Origin: a virus
Taxonomy: Duplodnaviria > Heunggongvirae > Uroviricota > Caudoviricetes
Virus record (IMG/VR): IMGVR_UViG_3300022178_000016
Length of the DNA: 32,879 nucleotides
Strand: one strand, 5' to 3'
The translations under genes were made by a program, and so were the position numbers. A model generated the notes under the pieces. It was not told where the DNA came from. It ran no database searches and worked only from the letters and a program-made list of their open reading frames with translations. Positions 1 to 7,737 of this stretch are shown here, piece by piece. How positions within the stretch are numbered: position 1 is the stretch's first letter; each line of letters starts with the position of its first letter.

Positions 1-1
1 A

Positions 2-373
2 GTTAAGGTTAAAGTTGTAGATTATTATGGAAATTTCCGCAAACGTGTAGAATTTGCAGTACCAGAAGACTTTACAAATGTGGATAATTGGACTAGAAAT
101 GGTTTAGATTTTAACCATATAATTCTAGAAGTAAAATTGAAGTACTGCAAACCTTTCTATTTAGATTCAACTGGAGTTTACCAGCATGAAGGAATACTTT
201 CAGGTAGTCTAGACCTTATCCACATAGAGTCTATTTCTAAAGCTAATCGTGGCTGGAATAGAACCTTCAACCGTAAACAGATACCTAAAATTATCTGTTA
301 CATTAAATCTTTCTTTGACAACGATAGAAGTTTATGTAATAATCTTGTTATCAAACACTGGGAACTAAATTAG
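2..373 (+). CDS. hypothetical protein, 5'-truncated by window edge
   Basis: Frame is open from position 2 (VKVKVVDYYGNFRKRVEF...) through the listed GTG at 80 to the stop at 373. Confidence 0.7.
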   Translation, partial: VKVKVVDYYGNFRKRVEFAVPEDFTNVDNWTRNGLDFNHIILEVKLKYCKPFYLDSTGVYQHEGILSGSLDLIHIESISKANRGWNRTFNRKQIPKIICYIKSFFDNDRSLCNNLVIKHWELN

Positions 374-383
374 GAGAATAATT

Positions 384-635
384 ATGAAATTACTTAGAAA
401 ATTAATAGGTAGTTGGACTTTACCAGAAGATGTATATGTTTGTAGTTTAGGAGATTACTGGATTGAGGTTGATGGTGCCCCCTACACTATAAAATGTGAC
501 AGAGGGATTTGGTACTGCGAGGATAGCGGATACAAGTACTGTTATCAAAAAATTAAACAATCTTTTTGGGGTGTCTGGATTAAGGAGACTCAGTGGTTAA
601 ATAAAGATACTGAGCTAACTAAATTAATTAAATAA
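384..635 (+). CDS. hypothetical protein
   Basis: 83 aa ORF with AGGAG SD upstream. Confidence 0.8.
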   Translation: MKLLRKLIGSWTLPEDVYVCSLGDYWIEVDGAPYTIKCDRGIWYCEDSGYKYCYQKIKQSFWGVWIKETQWLNKDTELTKLIK

Positions 636-638
636 CCC

Positions 639-667
639 TTTACAACCTTAAACAATGTAGTTAGAAT
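639..667 (+). promoter_or_regulatory. sigma70-type early promoter
   Basis: TTTACA-N17-TAGAAT, preceded by AAATAACCC shared with other promoters in the window. Confidence 0.8.
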
Positions 668-724
668 GTCCCTGTACCATGAATCTGGTTCAGAAATTTA
701 AATTAAACTTAGGAGAAATAAATC

Positions 725-907
725 ATGTGGTTTTCAGTTATTACAGGCACAGTTGTTGCTATTTTATTGAAGTATATGGGTGTTGAGTCCTTTAGTATGG
801 AATGGTGGGTTGGGGTTGTTGTCCTTAATGCCTTGCCACCAACTGCTGTTCTTATTGAGCAATTATCGACTATTCGAACTAAATATTGGGAGAATGATTA
901 TGACTAA
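725..907 (+). CDS. small membrane protein
   Basis: 60 aa with two hydrophobic segments; SD AGGAG. Confidence 0.75.
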   Translation: MWFSVITGTVVAILLKYMGVESFSMEWWVGVVVLNALPPTAVLIEQLSTIRTKYWENDYD

Positions 908-1379
908 ACAATTTAAAGGTATGAGTTTCATCGAACAACTGGAAGAACTTAAATCCACTTTACAAGAAGTTATGGTTGCTGAGAATAGTCGTTTGGAGAT
1001 GGACACTTGGATTACAGAAGAACCTACACACCACTTCTGTGATAGTATCTGTTGTATTTTTGGGTATCAAGCTGTTAAGATATCCCCCACAAAGTTTAAG
1101 TGTGATGTTGTTGGTCTGGCGGAGGTATTATCTAAGGATTTTGATGATGTGTGTATAAAAGTAATTGGATGTCCATATCTAGCCTTCTCAGTTTATCAAT
1201 CTGACTATGGGTGTCGGAAATACGAGGCAAGAGTGACTAACCTATTCACTAAAGAAGAACTGGACTCAATTGTCCACCTTAATTCAGATAACCCTACATT
1301 CCAAGATGCTATCGACTATTTGGATATTTGTATTGCTAAAACTAAAGAGTATTTACTCAAGAAAGGAGAAAATGTATAA
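900..1379 (+). CDS. hypothetical protein
   Basis: Start re-placed at ATG 900 (MTKQFKG) after GGGAG SD; the listed upstream extension overlaps the previous gene. Confidence 0.8.
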   Translation: MTKQFKGMSFIEQLEELKSTLQEVMVAENSRLEMDTWITEEPTHHFCDSICCIFGYQAVKISPTKFKCDVVGLAEVLSKDFDDVCIKVIGCPYLAFSVYQSDYGCRKYEARVTNLFTKEELDSIVHLNSDNPTFQDAIDYLDICIAKTKEYLLKKGENV

Positions 1380-1660
1380 TGACTACACAAAACAAAGAGT
1401 TGTTCCAGAAGTTCGTAGAATTTTGTGATGCACAACCGAGGGATAGGGAGATTGATCACAATAGATTCTTTTCCGACTGTGCAATAGGGGATTATGCTAA
1501 CTCCGTGGGGAAGGATATTACCAAATACCCAGAAGATATAAAGTTCGCTAAAGAGGTTCTAGGGGAGGGTGAGTTGTATTGTCTAGTAAACTGTGCTTTT
1601 AGTTCCCCTGAACTTAGGGCTTATGGAAACTATACAAAGCTTCTTAAAACCTACATCTAA
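1379..1660 (+). CDS. hypothetical protein
   Basis: 93 aa, TAATG-coupled to the upstream gene, AGGAG SD. Confidence 0.8.
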   Translation: MTTQNKELFQKFVEFCDAQPRDREIDHNRFFSDCAIGDYANSVGKDITKYPEDIKFAKEVLGEGELYCLVNCAFSSPELRAYGNYTKLLKTYI

Positions 1661-1760
1661 GCTCAATAACCACAAACCAATGCCTTTGTATAGGTAAAGG
1701 TGTTAAAACGTCCCTATGAGGCTTACAGGAGCTTGTAGGGTAGTACCCTAAAGGGTATTA
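1658..1760 (+). repeat. two-hairpin intergenic element, copy A
   Basis: TAAGCT...GCCTTT/AAAGGT hairpin, GTTAAAACGTC linker, CCCTA/TAGGG hairpin, GGGTATTA; second copy at 5728-5815. Confidence 0.7.
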
Positions 1761-1785
1761 ATGAATATAAATTAGGAGAGATAAT

Positions 1786-2019
1786 ATGGTAATTAACGAA
1801 AAAGGTATAAAGTTAGGTGATAAGGTGGTTATTAATAATAGCGACTACTCTAAGGATCTGTTTACAGTAGGAAATGTTTACAGAGTTATTGAACTAATGG
1901 AGGACAGTGTAGGTTTAGCAGATAACTTTGGCAGGGGTGATGGACTTAGTGATCTTGGTGGCTGGTGTTTTTATAATGAAGAGGTGGACTTAGTAAAAAT
2001 AAATACCAATAACCCTTGA
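1786..2019 (+). CDS. hypothetical protein, possible SH3/KOW-like barrel
   Basis: IKLGDKVVI...FTVGNVYRVI pattern; SD AGGAG. Confidence 0.7.
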   Translation: MVINEKGIKLGDKVVINNSDYSKDLFTVGNVYRVIELMEDSVGLADNFGRGDGLSDLGGWCFYNEEVDLVKINTNNP

Positions 2020-2045
2020 CAAGAGGGTTAAAACCATGATACTAT
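2010..2045 (+). promoter_or_regulatory. sigma70 promoter with inverted repeat over the -35 box
   Basis: TTGACA (2016-2021), N18, TG-a-TACTAT; TAACCCT-N7-AGGGTTA inverted repeat at 2010-2030. Confidence 0.75.
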
Positions 2046-2047
2046 TG

Positions 2048-2469
2048 GGACAGGGTGAATATTCTATTAAGTGTATTCCTCTGTCCTTCTCATTTAACAG
2101 AAATGACACTTGAGATATTTGCTACTTAGAGTAAAGTAGATCGGATTGGAGAGATATGTCTAGCAATAGCTGCACTCACCGTACCAGTCCTAAAGAGCAA
2201 GAAGATACCAAGGCTCAAAGTGTGGGGTTGTGAGGGGATAACACTGGTTTAACGCCCTGTAAGGCGTAAATCCCTAACCTGATTGATTACAGTAGGATTC
2301 AGGTTGTCGCAGCTACAGGATAGCTGTTCTGCTTTATGCAGCGGGTTCATCTCGGTTGACGGAGAATGTGTCTCGGATAAAAGAACCAATGGTTTGTCTA
2401 GGTACTTTGTTTAAAGTATATGGCAAGCTATGGGATTCTTTTATCCAAATTATCTGATTTCAAAAGAAT
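2048..2469 (+). ncRNA. candidate large structured ncRNA (or RNA-primed origin)
   Basis: No credible ORF; directly downstream of a promoter; more than 10 helices found by eye (e.g. AACCTGA/TCAGGTT, CAGCTA/TAGCTG, ACGCC/GGCGT, GGACAG/CTGTCC, TTGCTA/TAGCAA) and a possible pseudoknot. Confidence 0.5.
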
Positions 2470-2513
2470 TGTTTATATTAGTATTTAAAATAGTTATTAT
2501 AGAAGAGGTTTTA

Positions 2514-3083
2514 ATGATTAAATCACAAATAGGGAATTACACTAAAGGGAAATACAAAAGTTATTCTGAAGGTAGTCTGACAAAAGAATACCGACTTTGG
2601 AAAAGCATGTTAAATAGGTGTTACGGCAAGAGCACACCAACCAGAAAGCCAACTTACAAAGGTTGCACTGTTTCAGATAACTTTAAGGATTTTCAGTTCT
2701 TTGCAGAGTGGTGCAATAATCAAGTAGGTTTTGGGAATGAGGGTTGGCAATTGGATAAAGATATACTAATCAAAGGCAACAAGGTTTATTCTGAAGACAA
2801 TTGTTGTTTTGTACCGAAAGAGATTAATTGCCTGTTTTTAGATCATCAAGCAAAGCGTGGTAACTGCCCTATTGGGGTTAGTTACCACAAGCCCCAAAAC
2901 AACTATCAAGTGTCCTTAAGTAAGTATGGTAAAGTACACAATCTTGGTTATTTCCTTGATCCCATCAATGCACATAAGCACTACATAGTTGCCAAGATAC
3001 TACATGTAAAAGAAATTGCTTTGTCCTACAAAGAGGCTATTGACCAAAGAGTTTATGAAGCCCTTATGGCTTGGGAAGGATGA
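2514..3083 (+). CDS. free-standing HNH homing endonuclease
   Basis: YRLWKSMLNRCY...PTYKGCTV...F..F..W...WQLDKDIL...YSEDNCCFVP.EIN; start re-placed at ATG 2514 after GAGG SD. Confidence 0.85.
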   Translation: MIKSQIGNYTKGKYKSYSEGSLTKEYRLWKSMLNRCYGKSTPTRKPTYKGCTVSDNFKDFQFFAEWCNNQVGFGNEGWQLDKDILIKGNKVYSEDNCCFVPKEINCLFLDHQAKRGNCPIGVSYHKPQNNYQVSLSKYGKVHNLGYFLDPINAHKHYIVAKILHVKEIALSYKEAIDQRVYEALMAWEG

Positions 3084-3169
3084 AGAACTCATTTGATTAT
3101 TTATATTAGATATAGCAGTTAATAACATAGTTAATAAGAATAAATTATAAGGGATATTTAATATAATGA

Positions 3170-3197
3170 TTGACAGTATGTAGAACTCTGGTAGTAT
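3170..3197 (+). promoter_or_regulatory. sigma70 promoter
   Basis: TTGACA-N16-TAGTAT with TG one base upstream of the -10; very AT-rich upstream tract. Confidence 0.7.
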
Positions 3198-3228
3198 TAC
3201 AACAACTTAAACAGTTCTGGAGAATACA

Positions 3229-3783
3229 ATGAGAGAAGTGAAAAGCGTAGGTTTCACCATTGGAAGTCATGTCAACAGGTTACATTTTCTACCCACTTGG
3301 TTACGGGTAGATAAGTCCCTTACCTACCAGTCCCTTAGTTCCTTAGTTGTGTATGATAGAGACTGGGAAGAGGACACTGAAGTAGGTGCGAGTGAGTATA
3401 TAGGGGTCTGGGGGTATTCTTGGTTACAGCCTATGCAAAGCATGTGCCACCATTTTCTAATGTTGTTTGATGCATATGACATTGGTTTTAAATTAGATAA
3501 CTCCACCAGTTATGGTTTTTCCATGCATAATTTAGTGTCCACTGACGCAGATGTGGTGGACTATGACTACACATTCCAAGAATGGTGTAAGATATATGAC
3601 AAGAAGGGTTTCAATAAGAAGAAGTCTTATCAGGATTGGAAACTCTATTCCGAGATTAATTCTTATGCCTTTAAGAAAGTAGCACAATTAGCTTTTACTA
3701 TTTATGAGCTACTAGACTTCACTGACTATGAAGAGATGTACAACTGGTGCCTAGATGTGTATGATGGTAAGGTAGTAAGTTGA
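3229..3783 (+). CDS. hypothetical protein
   Basis: 184 aa ORF, GGAG SD. Confidence 0.85.
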   Translation: MREVKSVGFTIGSHVNRLHFLPTWLRVDKSLTYQSLSSLVVYDRDWEEDTEVGASEYIGVWGYSWLQPMQSMCHHFLMLFDAYDIGFKLDNSTSYGFSMHNLVSTDADVVDYDYTFQEWCKIYDKKGFNKKKSYQDWKLYSEINSYAFKKVAQLAFTIYELLDFTDYEEMYNWCLDVYDGKVVS

Positions 3784-3808
3784 CAAGTGGGTTCTTTGAG
3801 GTTAAAGT
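3780..3808 (+). promoter_or_regulatory. sigma70 promoter
   Basis: TTGACA-N17-TAAAGT; the -35 box contains the TGA stop of the upstream gene. Confidence 0.7.
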
Positions 3809-3841
3809 GGCTACAACTTAAAGAAACAAGGGGAGTTAACT

Positions 3842-4078
3842 ATGAGCCTAATTAAATATAAATACTGTTGGAAAGAGTTGACAGAAGAGGGTCTATTAAA
3901 AGAACCTAAACCTATTGGTTCACATTACAATGAGGTTAGTGTTAATGGCTTGTACCTCCATGGTTTTGATTCTGAACACGAGGCGGAGGTTTGGTACTCT
4001 GAGCTATTAAACGCTAATGAGTACAAGTACCAGATTCAACGAGACTTGGTGCTAATTAAGAGGGTGTTCTATGGATAA
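3842..4078 (+). CDS. hypothetical protein
   Basis: 78 aa, GGGGAG SD. Confidence 0.8.
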   Translation: MSLIKYKYCWKELTEEGLLKEPKPIGSHYNEVSVNGLYLHGFDSEHEAEVWYSELLNANEYKYQIQRDLVLIKRVFYG

Positions 4079-4280
4079 GCAAGAAATAGTCGGGAGAATG
4101 AACATTATAACTTCCAAAATAAGGGAGCTTGAAGACTGTAATCACGCTTTATGTGAAGACTTGTTATCGACAATTACAACTGAAGCTGATTGTCACGCTT
4201 TACTTAAAGATTTACAGGACAATATCGCACGCATGTACATAGCAGATAAACTTAGAAGTATACGGAGCGCTAATGGATAA
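4071..4280 (+). CDS. hypothetical protein (coiled-coil-like)
   Basis: 69 aa, overlaps the upstream stop. Confidence 0.7.
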   Translation: MDKQEIVGRMNIITSKIRELEDCNHALCEDLLSTITTEADCHALLKDLQDNIARMYIADKLRSIRSANG

Positions 4281-4316
4281 AGTAACAACAACTTAAACAG
4301 GACAGGAGAAGCTACA

Positions 4317-4502
4317 ATGAGAGATGTTAAATTAATTGCTGTTCGTACACCATCTGGTATCCGTCTAGGGTATGAGCGATATGTGGGTAAGGTTTTTAAA
4401 TACACAGGAAACAACTACGATGGTTTTCAAGTCATATTACAGGATGGTAGTAAGATACCCATGCTCCACTTCAACATCGAATATGTTGAACAGGAGAAAT
4501 AA
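4317..4502 (+). CDS. hypothetical protein
   Basis: 61 aa, AGGAG SD. Confidence 0.75.
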   Translation: MRDVKLIAVRTPSGIRLGYERYVGKVFKYTGNNYDGFQVILQDGSKIPMLHFNIEYVEQEK

Positions 4503-4503
4503 T

Positions 4504-4833
4504 ATGAACACACCAGACACCATCCAGACCTTATTCATTCGTGCTTGTAAGTCTAAAGATCCACATAAACGTGTCAACTCTGTGTATCGTAGGTTTTACT
4601 ACTCTAAAGGTAAAATAGATGATCGTCATCTGGTCTCTATTTTCATCAAGATTGTTGAGGGTTTCTGCCCTATGTCTCTTACTGAAGTGTTTGATAAGCT
4701 TCGTCCAGATGATTACTTCTTTGAAGATGATCCTTACTGGACTCGTGCTAAGAAAGTATTAATTAGTCATATTCGCTTGTCACACAGAGATTGTTTTGGT
4801 AGTATGCGTGTTCCATTAATGTTTAAGAAATAA
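4504..4833 (+). CDS. hypothetical protein
   Basis: Start re-placed at ATG 4504 (MNTPDTIQTLFIRACKSKDP) after AGGAG SD. Confidence 0.8.
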   Translation: MNTPDTIQTLFIRACKSKDPHKRVNSVYRRFYYSKGKIDDRHLVSIFIKIVEGFCPMSLTEVFDKLRPDDYFFEDDPYWTRAKKVLISHIRLSHRDCFGSMRVPLMFKK

Positions 4834-4869
4834 GGAGAAATAATATGAAATTCAACCTAGGAGAGTATA

Positions 4870-5061
4870 ATGGAATTATTTATAATTTGGTTCATGGTCG
4901 CAGTTGTACTATGTATTTGGCTCTTAATTTTCTTTGAAGATGATTTCAGTTATACTCACATAGGTTACTGTATCTTTTGGCCCGCATATTTAGTAAAGTA
5001 TGTACTACTGTTTTTACGGGAAGTTTTGAAAGCTTTATTCATTGACTTGATTGGGAGGTAA
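4870..5061 (+). CDS. small membrane protein
   Basis: Hydrophobic N-terminal helix plus a second TM-like segment; AGGAG SD. Confidence 0.75.
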   Translation: MELFIIWFMVAVVLCIWLLIFFEDDFSYTHIGYCIFWPAYLVKYVLLFLREVLKALFIDLIGR

Positions 5062-5062
5062 T

Positions 5063-5308
5063 ATGCACGAGTGTAAGCTGCTAAATAAGTTTACTGAGGG
5101 TTCACAGAGTCAGGTTATCATTAACTCTACCACTCACCCTACACGAATATCTGGTTGGTATGGGAACACAGAAGTATTCTCTGTACACATAGTGATGGGG
5201 AAATGGAGTACAGCCACATCAACCTGTCTTCCTAGTGATATAGAATTAGCTAAGAAATATGTTGACATAATGAACCAAGTTCTGTTAAAGTTACAAGAAA
5301 TCAACTGA
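5063..5308 (+). CDS. hypothetical protein
   Basis: Start at ATG 5063 after GGAGG. Confidence 0.8.
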   Translation: MHECKLLNKFTEGSQSQVIINSTTHPTRISGWYGNTEVFSVHIVMGKWSTATSTCLPSDIELAKKYVDIMNQVLLKLQEIN

Positions 5309-5319
5309 GGAGAGACACT

Positions 5320-5730
5320 ATGAAATTCAATCTAAGTATATCAAGAAATAGTCATAACCGTGTAGGTATTACGGTTAAATGTAAAACATCACGTCAAACC
5401 TTCCTTAAACTCGATTTATCGCTGGAGGAATACGCAGAAGTTATTACAGGGTTATCCCACGTGGAAATTGAGGGTGTTGTCAATGGAATGAATCTTGTAG
5501 GTAAAGAGAAGCTTGTAGAAGCAAGAACAGTTAGAGTAGATGAAACTATAGGGTTTCAAGGAAAAGAGTTAGTTGCAGCTTGGTTGTCACGTAATTGTAA
5601 GGAAGAAGGTTGGGAGTTAGATACGTATCTAGGTAGCCAGAAGTCAATTGTCTACGATCACACCAACATGAATTACATAATTAACTACTCTGTTTATAAG
5701 TATGTAGAGTCTGCACTGGAAGCAATGTAA
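5320..5730 (+). CDS. hypothetical protein
   Basis: 136 aa, GAGGAG SD. Confidence 0.85.
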   Translation: MKFNLSISRNSHNRVGITVKCKTSRQTFLKLDLSLEEYAEVITGLSHVEIEGVVNGMNLVGKEKLVEARTVRVDETIGFQGKELVAAWLSRNCKEEGWELDTYLGSQKSIVYDHTNMNYIINYSVYKYVESALEAM

Positions 5731-5815
5731 GCTATTTAAACCAAAACCCTAGCCTTACTATTTCTTTAAGGTTAAAACGTCTCCTAGAGCTTCTGAGAGC
5801 CTTCTAGGGGTATTA
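5728..5815 (+). repeat. two-hairpin intergenic element, copy B
   Basis: TAAGCT...AGCCTTA/TAAGGTT hairpin, GTTAAAACGTC, CCTAGA/TCTAGG hairpin, GGGTATTA. Confidence 0.7.
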
Positions 5816-5839
5816 TAGAATTATGTGGAGGAAATAATT

Positions 5840-6085
5840 ATGTCAAATTATTCAGACAACCCCAACATGTGCCGTGTAGACTTCTTCAAGTCTTCTGGTA
5901 AGTGGTATACAACAGAAGCTGTGGAGTTCTTGAGTGAACATTATCACAGTCATCCAAACACAGCATTAGCTCATGCTCTACAGAAACACTTTGGAGATAC
6001 ACCTAAACTCTCAGGAATGACTGCTGTATGCTTACATCCCTATGTTGAGAATTCTTACCCAATCAGTATTGTGAATATAGGTTAA
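5840..6085 (+). CDS. hypothetical protein
   Basis: Start at ATG 5840 after GGAGG; RVDFFKSSGKWY motif. Confidence 0.8.
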   Translation: MSNYSDNPNMCRVDFFKSSGKWYTTEAVEFLSEHYHSHPNTALAHALQKHFGDTPKLSGMTAVCLHPYVENSYPISIVNIG

Positions 6086-6106
6086 TTATTACAGGAGATT
6101 TAAATT

Positions 6107-6295
6107 ATGAAGTACTGGAAAGATTTAACATCACAAGAACAGTCAGACTTCTCTGAAGGTATTGTGGAGTTACATGGTTTTAAATGGATATGTTATTATA
6201 GGTTTGTAACAGAAGACCAAGTTGAAATTTATAGTAGCTATGGTGACTGGGCACAATCATTTACTCATTACAAGTCTATGGTGGTACTATTATGA
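6107..6295 (+). CDS. hypothetical protein
   Basis: 62 aa, AGGAG SD. Confidence 0.7.
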   Translation: MKYWKDLTSQEQSDFSEGIVELHGFKWICYYRFVTEDQVEIYSSYGDWAQSFTHYKSMVVLL

Positions 6296-6489
6296 AATAC
6301 ACATCACTAACACACAGTAGCCTTGGGGATAATACCCAAAGAGACTTTGACTGTATTGAGGATTGGGAAGATGATGTTGAATTCTCTTTTGATGTTGTCT
6401 GGAGTAAAATCTATGAAGCAAGAAGTGGGATATTGGTTAAGTCCTACTGGCCTGATGAGTTTAAAGAGTATCGAGGGGAAAATAAATGA
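6292..6489 (+). CDS. hypothetical acidic protein
   Basis: 65 aa, ATGA overlap coupling. Confidence 0.7.
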   Translation: MKYTSLTHSSLGDNTQRDFDCIEDWEDDVEFSFDVVWSKIYEARSGILVKSYWPDEFKEYRGENK

Positions 6490-6749
6490 CTATAGAAATA
6501 GACTCCACAGGTACATTACAGGATGTTGCTGAGGTCATGCTTGATATGGAAGTTAATCACGGCGTTCCAACAGGTAATGTTTATGAGATTGTGACTCCAC
6601 TCTGGTCTGGGAAATTATCAAGAGGTCAAGTGGATTACTTGATTGAAGGGTCTACCCTTAAAATAGAGCAGGAAGTGTTACTAGAAACAAAGAAACCTAA
6701 ACAGAAACATTCAATCCCCTTTTGGGCTAACAATTGGAGAAAGAAATGA
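6486..6749 (+). CDS. hypothetical protein
   Basis: 87 aa, ATGA overlap coupling. Confidence 0.75.
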   Translation: MTIEIDSTGTLQDVAEVMLDMEVNHGVPTGNVYEIVTPLWSGKLSRGQVDYLIEGSTLKIEQEVLLETKKPKQKHSIPFWANNWRKK

Positions 6750-6943
6750 CCCTCATAGATCAATCTAAAATACTTGTTGCAGACTTCTATGATACTCTCC
6801 TTACTAAATACTATGGGAAGACTTATTATGCTGTTGATTGGGCTACAGAAGGTTATGATGACCGTTCTTGTAAGATTACTTGGACAGAACATAACGGTAA
6901 GATGTATGTAACTGATATTGAATATTTGGAGAAATTGCTATGA
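6746..6943 (+). CDS. hypothetical protein
   Basis: Start at ATG 6746 (ATGA overlap, GGAG SD). Confidence 0.7.
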   Translation: MTLIDQSKILVADFYDTLLTKYYGKTYYAVDWATEGYDDRSCKITWTEHNGKMYVTDIEYLEKLL

Positions 6944-7284
6944 AACACCTAGAAGGTAAGACTGTATACCTACAACCCACAGGTAATAATGCCAGAGGTA
7001 GTTGTAAGATTAAGAAAGCTGTTATACTTAAAGTGGCGAGGGTGTTTGTGACCTTGAAGTTCGAGGGTTATTTTCATGAGAGTAAGTTTCGCTATAAGAG
7101 GAATATCTTAAAGGGTGAATGTAATTCTGAGTATGTTACCTACGAAACAGAGCAGGGCTTAGAGGATTTCTATGAGGGGCAAAAACTAGCAAACACTATA
7201 TCTAAGAAGTGTTCATATTCGTCACAACTAGAAAAGTTAGGTTTGGATAAACTTAAACAGATAATCAAATTATTGGAGGATTAA
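6940..7284 (+). CDS. hypothetical protein
   Basis: 114 aa, GGAG SD, ATGA overlap. Confidence 0.8.
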   Translation: MKHLEGKTVYLQPTGNNARGSCKIKKAVILKVARVFVTLKFEGYFHESKFRYKRNILKGECNSEYVTYETEQGLEDFYEGQKLANTISKKCSYSSQLEKLGLDKLKQIIKLLED

Positions 7285-7285
7285 T

Positions 7286-7660
7286 GTGAATAATTTAATT
7301 AAAGTAATGTGTAAATCATTGTACAACTGGTCACAGCCTGAATATAGATACTACTTGGTGTATTACTGGAGTCATGATGGGTGGTCTGAGATAATTAATG
7401 CTATTCAATTCGACTCGAAAGTTCCTTTGGGAGAAGCCTCTAAGCTAATAAGTAATTATTTCAGGAGTCCAAGTATTAAGTCTGTGGAAGATTTAAGTAT
7501 TATCAGAACTGATGACTATTTAGTTGGTAAAAGCTCCAAAGATTATTACTACAGAAAACCCAGTTCTTTGGGGCAATACACTTCTGAAACATTACCTCAA
7601 AGATATGAGGTAATTAAATACTTTAAGGGTTACTGTACCGAGATAAAAAATGATGAATAG
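7286..7660 (+). CDS. hypothetical protein
   Basis: GTG start after GGAGG. Confidence 0.75.
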   Translation: MNNLIKVMCKSLYNWSQPEYRYYLVYYWSHDGWSEIINAIQFDSKVPLGEASKLISNYFRSPSIKSVEDLSIIRTDDYLVGKSSKDYYYRKPSSLGQYTSETLPQRYEVIKYFKGYCTEIKNDE

Positions 7661-7674
7661 TTTAAAATAAACCC

Positions 7675-7703
7675 TTGACAACCACATAACAATCCTTCAT
7701 AAT
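7675..7703 (+). promoter_or_regulatory. sigma70 promoter
   Basis: AAATAAACCC-TTGACA-N17-CATAAT. Confidence 0.8.
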
Positions 7704-7737
7704 TCTCACACATTAACAACACAGGGGAATAATTATC

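Noticed and set aside
900-1390. ATGACTA(A/C)ACAA shared by the starts of genes 900 and 1379
   Set aside because: Only 11/12 nt with little flanking identity; too weak to count as a duplicated start.
2048-2469. Identification of the structured region as a group I intron, RNase P RNA, tmRNA, 6S RNA, hammerhead or HEARO/omega RNA
   Set aside because: No flanking exons or P7 elements, no GAGGAAAGUCC, no T-loop/CCA end, no CUGANGA...GAAA core; the adjacent HNH lacks the split RuvC motifs of IscB.
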